A program made the translations under genes and the position numbers. Positions 27,292 through 35,788 of a stretch of DNA of 37,791 bases are shown here, piece by piece. The notes beneath the pieces were generated by a model. That model was given only the letters and a program-made list of their open reading frames with translations, ran no database searches and was not told where the DNA came from. The DNA is taken from IMG/VR virus record IMGVR_UViG_3300030059_002116, positions 1-37,791 of that record. One strand, 5' to 3'. Each line of letters opens with the position of its first letter. The stretch's first letter is position 1. Source of the DNA: a virus (lineage: Duplodnaviria; Caudoviricetes).

Positions 27292-27326
27292 ACTAGCTAG
27301 GGGTTGAGGTACCCCTAGCTAGTTTC
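27292..27326 (+). terminator. Terminator hairpin (cassette 2)
   Basis: Perfect 13-bp stem ACTAGCTAGGGGT/ACCCCTAGCTAGT, loop TGAGGT, short T tail. Confidence 0.75.
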
Positions 27327-27517
27327 TACTACTGTTAACATGTTAATGATTCGGTCACCCCCCTAGACAGAGAGGACGTGTACATGCACAGCACCTTGTA
27401 CAGGTTTTCCACAAATCATTACCCCTCAGATAATTATTTTTTTACCCCCACCCCCTTTTTTGAAACAATGATGATTGTCCTCTTGCCCTTTTAAATTTTT
27501 TATAATATTTTAAAATT

Positions 27518-28987
27518 ATGGATGGAACACCTTTAAACGTACCTGAAGAAGTATTGCGTAAATACGCTAAGTTATTAGAGAAGCAGCAACAGATTGTGTC
27601 GGCTGACGGAGCTCGCGAAGATTTCTTACAATACACAAAAGCCGTTTGGGCAGATTTCATTGAGGGTCGCCACCATAAGATTATGGCAGAAAAATTTAAC
27701 CGTGTAGCACGAGGCGAGCTTAAACGTCTTATTATTAATATGCCTCCTAGACATACGAAGTCAGAATTTGCTAGTTACTTATTACCGAGTTGGCTAATGG
27801 GAAGAAACCCAAAGTTAAAGATAATACAGGCAACGCACACTGGCGAACTGGCAGTTCGTTTTGGTAGAAAAGCAAGAAACCTTATGAACCATGCCGATTA
27901 TAAACGAGTATTCCCTGATGTCAAAATACGATCGGACAGTAGTGCTGCTGGAAGATGGGAAACCGACAAAGGTGGAGAATACTTTGCGGCTGGTGTTGGA
28001 GGAGCGATTACTGGACGTGGTGCCGATTTAATGATTATTGATGACCCCCACTCGGAGCAAGATGCGATGAGCCCTGCTGCGTTAGACAATGCTTATGAGT
28101 GGTATACTTCTGGACCTCGACAAAGGCTTCAGCCTGGAGGTTCTATTGTAATTGTTATGACGCGATGGTCGGAGATTGATTTAACAGGTAAATTGTTAAA
28201 ACAACAGGCACGAGATGTATTGGCTGATAAATGGGAAGTTGTTGAGTTTCCAGCGATAATGCCAGATGATACGGTGTTATGGGGTGAGTTTTGGAAGAAG
28301 GAAGAATTATTAACGGTTAAGGCTTCATTGTCTATAGGTAAGTGGGAAGCTCAGTGGCAGCAAAATCCGACGAGTGAAACCACAGCGATTCTAAAACGTG
28401 ACTGGTGGAAAAAGTGGGAAAAGAAAGAGTTACCTAATTTAACGTACATTATGCAAAGTTACGACACAGCTTTTGGAAAACAGGAAACGGCAGATTATAG
28501 TGCGATAACCACATGGGGCGTTTTTTACCCAGAAGAGGGTGGACCAGCCAATATTATAATGTGTGATGCCCGACGAGGAAGATGGGAATTCCCAGAGTTA
28601 AAGCGTATAGCAAAAGAAGAATATGAGTATTGGGATCCGGAATGTGTAATTATTGAAGCGAAAGCGAGTGGTACTCCATTGACGCAAGAGCTACGGACTA
28701 TGGGCATTCCAGTACAAAATTATAGTCCAAGTCGAGGTAACGATAAATTTACTCGTGTGAATTCAGTTGCACCCTTAATGGAAAGTGGTTTAGTATGGGC
28801 TCCAGATACTCGTTGGGCAGAAGATGTTATCGAAGAGTGTGCCGCATTCCCAGTTGGGGAAAACGATGACTTTGTTGATACTGTAACACAAGCCTTACGA
28901 AGATTTCGTGAAGGTGGCTTTATAACGACTCCAGAGGATTATAATGACGAGACGATACGAGGACCAAGAGCAAGAGTTTACTATTAA
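27518..28987 (+). CDS. terL: Terminase large subunit
   Basis: 'MPPRHTKS' Walker A, 'IIDDPH' Walker B, nuclease 'SYDTA...DYSA', 'IEAKASG', 'NDDFVD'. Confidence 0.95.
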   Translation: MDGTPLNVPEEVLRKYAKLLEKQQQIVSADGAREDFLQYTKAVWADFIEGRHHKIMAEKFNRVARGELKRLIINMPPRHTKSEFASYLLPSWLMGRNPKLKIIQATHTGELAVRFGRKARNLMNHADYKRVFPDVKIRSDSSAAGRWETDKGGEYFAAGVGGAITGRGADLMIIDDPHSEQDAMSPAALDNAYEWYTSGPRQRLQPGGSIVIVMTRWSEIDLTGKLLKQQARDVLADKWEVVEFPAIMPDDTVLWGEFWKKEELLTVKASLSIGKWEAQWQQNPTSETTAILKRDWWKKWEKKELPNLTYIMQSYDTAFGKQETADYSAITTWGVFYPEEGGPANIIMCDARRGRWEFPELKRIAKEEYEYWDPECVIIEAKASGTPLTQELRTMGIPVQNYSPSRGNDKFTRVNSVAPLMESGLVWAPDTRWAEDVIEECAAFPVGENDDFVDTVTQALRRFREGGFITTPEDYNDETIRGPRARVYY

Positions 28988-29121
28988 TCAAGAATCAGTT
29001 AAGGTAATGTTAGAAGTAGGTAAATTATTGTTTGAGGACGCACCCACGGAGAAACAAATAATAAACACTTTAGCAGAGATAAACCGTAGTCGATTTAAAG
29101 TAATAGAAGGTGGTAAAGCAG

Positions 29122-31608
29122 ATGGCGAAAAAACCTCAAGCCTACGATAATATAGATCGTAATTTTACTCTGGTGGGGCAACCTCTAGAGGGCGATCCTT
29201 TAGAAATTGAACTTCCACCAGAGCCCACAGAACTAACAACCGAAGGTATGGAAGTAACACCAATGGAAGATGGTGGAGTCGAAATAGGTGACCCAGAACA
29301 AGACTCCATGAACTCTGAGGTAGACTTTTCCTCAAACTTAGCTGAAGTATTAGAGGATGATGTTTTAGCTGGAATCAGTAGTATGGTTTTAGAAAAAGCT
29401 GAGGAAGATATATCTGGTCGTAAAGATTGGATGGATGCCTATAGTGACGGTCTAAAATTATTAGGTTTAAACTATGACCAACGTACGGAGCCTTTTGAAG
29501 GAGCGACTGGAGTAATCCATCCTTTGTTAAATGAAGCCGTTGTGCAATTTCAAAGCCAAGCGTACAAAGAATTATTACCCCCAAGTGGACCAGTTAGAAC
29601 GCAGATACTGGGTGATGCTACGCCAGCCTTAGAAAAACAGTCTGAGCGTATAAAAGATTATATGAATTACACCATAATGCACACAATGGAAGAGTATGAT
29701 GCTGAGTTTGACCAGATGTTATACTACTTGGGATTAGGTGGTAGTGCTTTCAAAAAAGTTTATGTTGATCCGCAGCTTGGCAGACAAGTAAGTAAGTTTA
29801 TAGAAGCAAAAGATTTGTTAGTTCCTTACAACGCTACTGATTTAATGTCGGCAGATCGTGTGACGCAGATGATTTCTATGAATTCCAATGAGCTACGCAA
29901 GCTACAGGTCAGTGGTTTTTACCGAGACGTTGAAATTACTGGTGGTGCTGGCAATATTGATGAAGTTACTGAGACAAAAGAATCAATCACAGGTATAGAA
30001 CGCACAGGTGAGGGTGATGAAGTTACTTTATATGAGTCCCATTGTTACCTTGACCTTGAACAATTCCCCGATACTGATGAAAGTGGTGAGGAAACAGGCA
30101 TAAAATTACCATATATTGTTACCGTGGATGATGATTCAGGCGAAGTTTTATCCGTTTACCGTAATTATGATCCAGAAGACAGCTTTAAAAGTAAACGACA
30201 GTTTTTTGTTCACTACATGTTTAGTCCTGGACTTGGATTCTATGGAAATGGGTTAATTCATTTACTAGGAAACCTTTCAAGAACAGCAACGGCTGTTTTA
30301 CGACAACTTGTCGACTCTGGAACGTTGGCTAATATGCCAGCTGGATTTAAAGCTCGTGGTTTACGAATACAAGATGGTGATGAGCCAATACAGCCAGGAG
30401 AATGGCGAGATGTTGATGTGGTAGGAACTGATTTAAAAGGTTCCTTACTTCCGTTACCTTATAAAGAGCCTAGTGCTACCTTATTTCAGTTGTTAGGATT
30501 TGTTGTTCAAGCTGCTCAAAAGTTTGTAGGAACAACGGATATGGGAACAGGCAATGTAAGCAACGCTGAAGTTCCAGTGGGTACAACTATTGCCATGCTA
30601 GAGCGTGGAAGCCGTATTATAAGTGCTGTTCACAAACGCTTGTACAATAGTATGAAGCAAGAGTTTAAATTGATGGCAGAGATTATAGCACAAGAGGGTG
30701 GCGAGTACCCTTTTGCGAATGAATCGGCAGAAAAGGGACAAAAGGCTAAAGATTTTGATGGTCGTATTGATATTGTCCCTGTGGCTAATCCAAATATGTT
30801 TAGTATGGCACAACGAGTAAGTCTTGCTCAAGAACAGTTAAAGTTAGCCCAAACTAAACCCGAGTTACACAATCTTTATGAAGCATATCGACGTATGTAT
30901 TCTGCTCTTGGTGTTGACAATATTGAGCAAGTGCTGCCTCCTCCTGCAGAGCCAACGCCAACAGCACCCTCTATAGAAAATGGTAAAGTTATGCAAGCTC
31001 TTTCAGGACAAGCACAGTTAAAAGCCTTTCCTGAACAAAACCATGAAGCCCATATAGCAACTCACCTTGCTTACATGGGAAGCGTAGTTGCTAAAGGCAA
31101 TCCAGGCATAATACAGATTTTGCAAACGCATATATTTGAACATATTAGTTTACAAGCTCAAGCTATGGCACAACAAGAGATGCAAGAGCAACCACAAGAG
31201 CAATCAGAGATGCCCGAAACAATGGGTCAAGCCATGCCTGAAGATATGCCTCAAGCAATGGGTCAAGCTACCCCTCCTGTTGATGCAAAATTATTGGCTA
31301 ACAAGGTTGCTGAGATTGAAGCAAAACTTATTTCTGAGTATGTTGAAAAAGAAAAGCAAATAATGCAAGCGGACCAAAAAGATCCGCTAGTTGATTTAAA
31401 AGCCCAAGAGATACAAATAAAACAACAGGAAGCACAACAGGAAGCTCAGAATGATCAACAGCGATTAAAGTTAGATCAACAAAAACTGCAAGAGCAAACG
31501 GCAATACAACAACAACGTATAAACAGCACTGAAGATATTGCACAACTGAGAGCAAACATAGCTTTACAAAGACAGCAACAAAACACTAATAGGAAACCTG
31601 GACAGTAA
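29122..31608 (+). CDS. Portal protein
   Basis: Follows terL; 'HPLLNEAVVQFQ', 'GSAFKKVY', 'GFYGNGLIH', 'GFKARGLRI', Q-rich coiled-coil tail. Confidence 0.88.
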   Translation: MAKKPQAYDNIDRNFTLVGQPLEGDPLEIELPPEPTELTTEGMEVTPMEDGGVEIGDPEQDSMNSEVDFSSNLAEVLEDDVLAGISSMVLEKAEEDISGRKDWMDAYSDGLKLLGLNYDQRTEPFEGATGVIHPLLNEAVVQFQSQAYKELLPPSGPVRTQILGDATPALEKQSERIKDYMNYTIMHTMEEYDAEFDQMLYYLGLGGSAFKKVYVDPQLGRQVSKFIEAKDLLVPYNATDLMSADRVTQMISMNSNELRKLQVSGFYRDVEITGGAGNIDEVTETKESITGIERTGEGDEVTLYESHCYLDLEQFPDTDESGEETGIKLPYIVTVDDDSGEVLSVYRNYDPEDSFKSKRQFFVHYMFSPGLGFYGNGLIHLLGNLSRTATAVLRQLVDSGTLANMPAGFKARGLRIQDGDEPIQPGEWRDVDVVGTDLKGSLLPLPYKEPSATLFQLLGFVVQAAQKFVGTTDMGTGNVSNAEVPVGTTIAMLERGSRIISAVHKRLYNSMKQEFKLMAEIIAQEGGEYPFANESAEKGQKAKDFDGRIDIVPVANPNMFSMAQRVSLAQEQLKLAQTKPELHNLYEAYRRMYSALGVDNIEQVLPPPAEPTPTAPSIENGKVMQALSGQAQLKAFPEQNHEAHIATHLAYMGSVVAKGNPGIIQILQTHIFEHISLQAQAMAQQEMQEQPQEQSEMPETMGQAMPEDMPQAMGQATPPVDAKLLANKVAEIEAKLISEYVEKEKQIMQADQKDPLVDLKAQEIQIKQQEAQQEAQNDQQRLKLDQQKLQEQTAIQQQRINSTEDIAQLRANIALQRQQQNTNRKPGQ

Positions 31609-32168
31609 TGGCATATGATCCTTCCGATTTTGGGCAAAATACCCCTGAAGAGTCCGCAGCAGGAATAGCAAATGCGATAGCTGGCTCTAGAGGGCAAGAC
31701 CAAACTTACACAACAAAAGATTTTCAAGACGACAGCAGAGATGATGGTCCAGCCCCTGTTACTGATATGATTGATAGAACTCCGCCTGATAAGAATAATG
31801 GAATACTGAGTATTTTCCAAAATATGATTGGGTATAAACCTAACTTATCAATGTCCAAAAATATGTATAATATGATGGTTCCTGGTCAAAATACTCCTTT
31901 TGGTGCTTTGACTTATCTTAGTCCTGCTTTGGGTGTCAGTAGGGCTGCTCAATTGGGTCTAAGTTTAGCAAATAGAGGGATAGGTGAACTTATTGGTCCT
32001 GCAAAAACGCAAGCTGAAATAGATGCTACCCCTGTTTACGATATGGCAAATCAACCTTCGGGACCTCCAACGAACATGGGAATAGAAAACAGCTACCAAG
32101 TAGCTGGTCTTCCATCTATTTCTATGCAATCCTTACCTCAATTATATGGCGATAACTTTTACGAATAG
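31608..32168 (+). CDS. Hypothetical (probable virion) protein
   Basis: TAATG coupling to the portal gene; 186 aa. Confidence 0.6.
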   Translation: MAYDPSDFGQNTPEESAAGIANAIAGSRGQDQTYTTKDFQDDSRDDGPAPVTDMIDRTPPDKNNGILSIFQNMIGYKPNLSMSKNMYNMMVPGQNTPFGALTYLSPALGVSRAAQLGLSLANRGIGELIGPAKTQAEIDATPVYDMANQPSGPPTNMGIENSYQVAGLPSISMQSLPQLYGDNFYE

Positions 32169-32177
32169 GAGATTAAA

Positions 32178-32561
32178 ATGGCAGATGACGATAGAGTAAA
32201 AAGTCTAAAAGCACAAAAGAAAGAATTAGACCCAAGCAATCCTGATCATATGGAAATAAAAGAAATACTGGAAGCTGAATTATTTCAGTTAACAGGAAAG
32301 CCTTTCAATATGGGTGGTATGGTCCGAGGTTATAATATGGGTGGTATGGCTGGTGGATATAACATGGGCGGTATGGCTGGTGGATATAACATGGGAGGCA
32401 TGATGAACAATAGAGTAATGCCCACTAATAAAATGACTGGCAGAAGATTTATGAAAGGTGGTATGGCTTACAATAAACCTGAAAAAATGAATATGGGTGG
32501 CGAAGTTTCTCGTGGAGGACGTAAGTCTATGCAAGGCATAAAATTCAGAGGTCTAAAATAA
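32178..32561 (+). CDS. Small protein with tandem (Y/F)NMGGM repeats
   Basis: AGGAG RBS; 27-bp coding tandem repeat at ~32304-32403; ends 'GIKFRGLK'. Confidence 0.7.
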   Translation: MADDDRVKSLKAQKKELDPSNPDHMEIKEILEAELFQLTGKPFNMGGMVRGYNMGGMAGGYNMGGMAGGYNMGGMMNNRVMPTNKMTGRRFMKGGMAYNKPEKMNMGGEVSRGGRKSMQGIKFRGLK

Positions 32562-32729
32562 ATGTCAAAACTTAGTATCATTGAAGTTAAAGCTCAGATA
32601 GACACACATGAAGCTGTGTGTGCCGAGAGGTGGAAAGAAACGATACTAAGAATAAAACGTATTGAGCATATTATGATTGCAACTTCTGGAACAGCCATTG
32701 TTTTACTTATAGGCTTATTAATACGATGA
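32562..32729 (+). CDS. Small membrane-anchored protein (55 aa; not in the ORF track)
   Basis: MSKLSIIEVKAQIDTHEAVCAERWKETILRIKRIEHIMIATSGTAIVLLIGLLIR; ATGA overlap with the next gene. Confidence 0.65.
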   Translation: MSKLSIIEVKAQIDTHEAVCAERWKETILRIKRIEHIMIATSGTAIVLLIGLLIR

Positions 32730-33037
32730 AAAAGACCTTACAAAATGATAGCAAATATAATGAATATGATCTTGATGGCGACGGTGTCGTTACTGATGAG
32801 GAATTAGAAACTGCTAAAATGATGAAGGAAACAGAGACTTTATTAAGAAAACAACTTGCCCAACTAAGAATGGCACGAGCGACGCTAATTGCTATGGGTT
32901 TATTTACTTTAGCTATGTTTTTAATTGATGTCGAGAGGGTTAATGCTTTATCAGATATTAGCAATTTATTTTATTTATCTGGGGCTGGTATCGTTGGTGC
33001 TTATATGGGTACAACTGCTTGGATGAGTAAGAAGTGA
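32726..33037 (+). CDS. Membrane protein with EF-hand-like loop (holin-like)
   Basis: 'YDLDGDGVVTDEE' DxDxDG motif plus two TM helices. Confidence 0.65.
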   Translation: MKKTLQNDSKYNEYDLDGDGVVTDEELETAKMMKETETLLRKQLAQLRMARATLIAMGLFTLAMFLIDVERVNALSDISNLFYLSGAGIVGAYMGTTAWMSKK

Positions 33038-33231
33038 CAGCATTTATGCTTGTCTGTTTCTTAGGTCTTAAAATGGAAGGAAGTATTTATTTTAAAAACG
33101 TGAATGATTGTTTGTCCTATAAGAACCGATTGCACAATCAAATAATTATGAAGGGCGAAAAAGAAGAACTGTATCAATGTATGTGTAAACTAATACCAAC
33201 CGTAGACCCAAAGGAAGTGAGAATATACTAA
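33034..33231 (+). CDS. Hypothetical Cys-containing protein
   Basis: GTGA overlap; hydrophobic N-terminus; four Cys. Confidence 0.55.
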   Translation: MTAFMLVCFLGLKMEGSIYFKNVNDCLSYKNRLHNQIIMKGEKEELYQCMCKLIPTVDPKEVRIY

Positions 33232-33395
33232 TGAAAACACATTATAAAAGAAATGGAGCAATCCATAAGGGTAAGTCTCATAAGATGAAAGACGGTACTT
33301 TACACACAGGTACTTCACATACAGCTAAAAGTGAAAAGTTATTTCATTTAAAAGAGTTAAGTAAAACAACTCAAAGTAAAATTAAAAAAACATAG
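33231..33395 (+). CDS. Small basic His-rich protein (54 aa; not in the ORF track)
   Basis: MKTHYKRNGAIHKGKSHKMKDGTLHTGTSHTAKSEKLFH...; TAATG coupling. Confidence 0.6.
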   Translation: MKTHYKRNGAIHKGKSHKMKDGTLHTGTSHTAKSEKLFHLKELSKTTQSKIKKT

Positions 33396-33404
33396 GAGGA
33401 CAAA

Positions 33405-33800
33405 ATGTTAACAGCATTAATTGGTCCAGTGTCAAATCTTCTTGGTAAGTTTATAGAAGACAAGGATATGAAAAACAAATTAGCCCATGAAGTTGCTACT
33501 ATGGCAGAGAGCCACGCACAAGAACTTGCTAAAGGGCAAATAGAAATAAATAAAGCGGAGGCACAACATAAATCTATATTCGTGGCAGGTTGGCGACCGT
33601 TTATCGGATGGACTTGTGGGATAGCTTTATGTTGGCATTTTGTGTTACAACCGATTACAATTTTTGTATGTGCTTATCTAGCTCTTCAAATACCAGAGTT
33701 GCCTACTTTTGATATGGGTAGTTTAATGACTGTTTTGATGGGGATGCTTGGTTTAGGTGGCTTAAGAACATATGAGAAACAAAAAGGTTTAACAAAATAG
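33405..33800 (+). CDS. Holin (3TM, GTA-holin-like)
   Basis: 'QIEINKAEA...FVAGWRPFIGW...LMGMLGLGGLRTYEK'. Confidence 0.85.
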   Translation: MLTALIGPVSNLLGKFIEDKDMKNKLAHEVATMAESHAQELAKGQIEINKAEAQHKSIFVAGWRPFIGWTCGIALCWHFVLQPITIFVCAYLALQIPELPTFDMGSLMTVLMGMLGLGGLRTYEKQKGLTK

Positions 33801-33813
33801 GATAAAATGCAAG

Positions 33814-34002
33814 ATGCAGCTTTACATTATTGAAAAACTCAGTAATATATTAAAACAACGAAAAGAAAATCTACAGACTCAAATAACAAACGGTATTGTA
33901 GAAGACTTTATTGCATTCAAGGAACTGCGAGGAAGATTTGCAGAAATTGAATATTTACAACAGGAATTAAAAGACCTGCAAAAAAAGGTGGAAAATGAGT
34001 AA
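33814..34002 (+). CDS. Hypothetical coiled-coil protein preceding GroES
   Basis: 62 aa; overlaps the GroES start. Confidence 0.6.
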   Translation: MQLYIIEKLSNILKQRKENLQTQITNGIVEDFIAFKELRGRFAEIEYLQQELKDLQKKVENE

Positions 34003-34411
34003 ACTAATAGTCCCTAGGCGATTTGCCAGTACTCCCCAAGACTCCCAAGAAAAAGAAACCCAAGACGTACCTATTTTAGAAAAGTTACCAGAACCAACAG
34101 GTTGGAGAATATTAGTTCTTCCATACCGAGGAAAAGGTAAAACTGAAGGAGGCGTTTTTATACCTGATGCAGCAGTAGAAAGAGAAGCTCTTGCTACTGT
34201 TTGTGCTTTAGTCCTTAAAGTGGGACCTCTTGCATACAAAGATACCGATAAATTTGGCGAAAGTGGTGCATGGTGTAAAGAACAAGACTGGGTTATATTT
34301 GGTCGATATGCAGGAAGCCGTTTTAAAATAGAAGGTGGCGAAGTAAGACTTCTAAACGATGATGAAGTATTAGCTCGTATTAATGATCCAGCAGACATAT
34401 TACATATATAG
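33995..34411 (+). CDS. groES: Phage-encoded co-chaperonin GroES
   Basis: 'PTGWRILV...KTEGGVFIP...VLKVGP...VIFGRYAG...EVRLLNDDEVLA'. Confidence 0.88.
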   Translation: MSKLIVPRRFASTPQDSQEKETQDVPILEKLPEPTGWRILVLPYRGKGKTEGGVFIPDAAVEREALATVCALVLKVGPLAYKDTDKFGESGAWCKEQDWVIFGRYAGSRFKIEGGEVRLLNDDEVLARINDPADILHI

Positions 34412-34420
34412 GGGAAGAAC

Positions 34421-35302
34421 ATGGCAGACACACAAGAAAAAATTGAAGACGAAATTGAAGTTGAATTAGAAAATGATGAAGATCAGTCTATCGAGCAAAA
34501 GGCTGATTCCAAGGCTAACGAAGATGAAGATAGTCTTGAGGGGTACGGCAAAAAAGTAAAAGAGCGTATCGAGCGGATGACTTGGAAATTAAGAGAGTCT
34601 GAAAGAAGAGAAAAAGCAGCCACGGAGTATGCCCAAGCTCTACAAAAAACTAATGAAGATTTAACTGAGAGAACTAAAAAAGTAGATGAATCATACATAA
34701 AAGAGTATGATAATAGGGTACTTGGTGAAGAAGAAACCTTAAAAAGAAACTTACAAGATGCAATAAATAATGGTGATGTTGAGGCACAGGTGAATACTCA
34801 AAAGAGTATAGCTCGACTTGCAGTAGAATCTGAACGTTTGAGTGTTGTGAAAGCAGAAAACGAAAATCGTGTTAATCAACAAAAAGCTGCTGAAGAGGCT
34901 AAGAAGAATGCTCCTCCGCAACAAAAAGCTGCACCAGATCCAAGAGCAGAGAAGTGGGCTTCCCAAAATTCGTGGTTCGGCGATAACGAGCCTATGACGT
35001 TAACAGCTTTTAGTATACACAAAAAATTAGTTGAAGAAGAAGGATACAGCCCTAACTCAGATGACTATTATGCTGAGATAGATAACAGAATGAGGACAGA
35101 GTTCCCACACAAATTTGAAAAAGCTCCTCAAAAAGGGACTAATCAAAGACCTCCAGTAGCAGGGGTTTCACGTTCTAGTGGAACTGTTTCTAAAGGAAAA
35201 ATCAAACTTTCAAAATCACAGGTTGCTATTGCTGACAAACTTGGTGTAAGCTACGAAGCGTATGCAAAGCAACTTATGAATTTGCAACAACGTGAAGGAT
35301 AA
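34421..35302 (+). CDS. Putative capsid scaffolding protein
   Basis: Acidic coiled coil with C-terminal 'LSKSQVAIADKLGVSYEAYAK'; lies upstream of the capsid genes. Confidence 0.65.
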   Translation: MADTQEKIEDEIEVELENDEDQSIEQKADSKANEDEDSLEGYGKKVKERIERMTWKLRESERREKAATEYAQALQKTNEDLTERTKKVDESYIKEYDNRVLGEEETLKRNLQDAINNGDVEAQVNTQKSIARLAVESERLSVVKAENENRVNQQKAAEEAKKNAPPQQKAAPDPRAEKWASQNSWFGDNEPMTLTAFSIHKKLVEEEGYSPNSDDYYAEIDNRMRTEFPHKFEKAPQKGTNQRPPVAGVSRSSGTVSKGKIKLSKSQVAIADKLGVSYEAYAKQLMNLQQREG

Positions 35303-35307
35303 ACCAA

Positions 35308-35766
35308 ATGGCTGACCGTATATCACGCACCACAAAGACTCGTGAAAAACAAACACGCAGGAAACCGTGGACCCCACCGTCAACACTAGACGCTCCTCCT
35401 CCCCCAGAAGGTTATACTCATCGTTGGATCCGTGAATCAATCATGGGATTTGATGATAAGAAAAATCTATCTGCAAGGCTCCGCGAAGGCTTTGAATTAG
35501 TTCGTGCAGACGAGTACCCCGATTTTGAAGCTCCTACAGTTCAGGATGGAAAACATTCTGGCGTTATAGGGGTGGGTGGCTTAATACTCGCAAGGTTCCC
35601 CCTAGAGTCGAAAGCTGAACGACAAGCACATTTTAAAGGTCTTACTAGAGATCAACAACAAGCTGTCGACAACGATATGATGAGGGAGCAACACCCTAGT
35701 ATGCCTATTCTGAAACCAGAAAGGCAAAGTCGTGTAACTTTCGGTGGTAAAAATGCCTCCGATTAA
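35308..35766 (+). CDS. Conserved head-module hypothetical protein
   Basis: 'HRWIRES...LREGFELVRADEYPD...GVGGLILAR'. Confidence 0.7.
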   Translation: MADRISRTTKTREKQTRRKPWTPPSTLDAPPPPEGYTHRWIRESIMGFDDKKNLSARLREGFELVRADEYPDFEAPTVQDGKHSGVIGVGGLILARFPLESKAERQAHFKGLTRDQQQAVDNDMMREQHPSMPILKPERQSRVTFGGKNASD

Positions 35767-35788
35767 CTTTTAGAGAAGGAAATAAGAA

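Noticed and set aside
26705-27305. GA gap as a by-product of base composition or of protein-level D/E loss
   Set aside because: G and A are both common and AG is frequent. GA is also absent from the UTR, RBS, codon junctions and Gly/Arg synonymous positions.
31205-31270. Short repeat in the portal gene (MPETMGQAMPEDMPQAMGQA)
   Set aside because: Low-complexity linker duplication in the Q/M-rich portal tail; common and uninformative.
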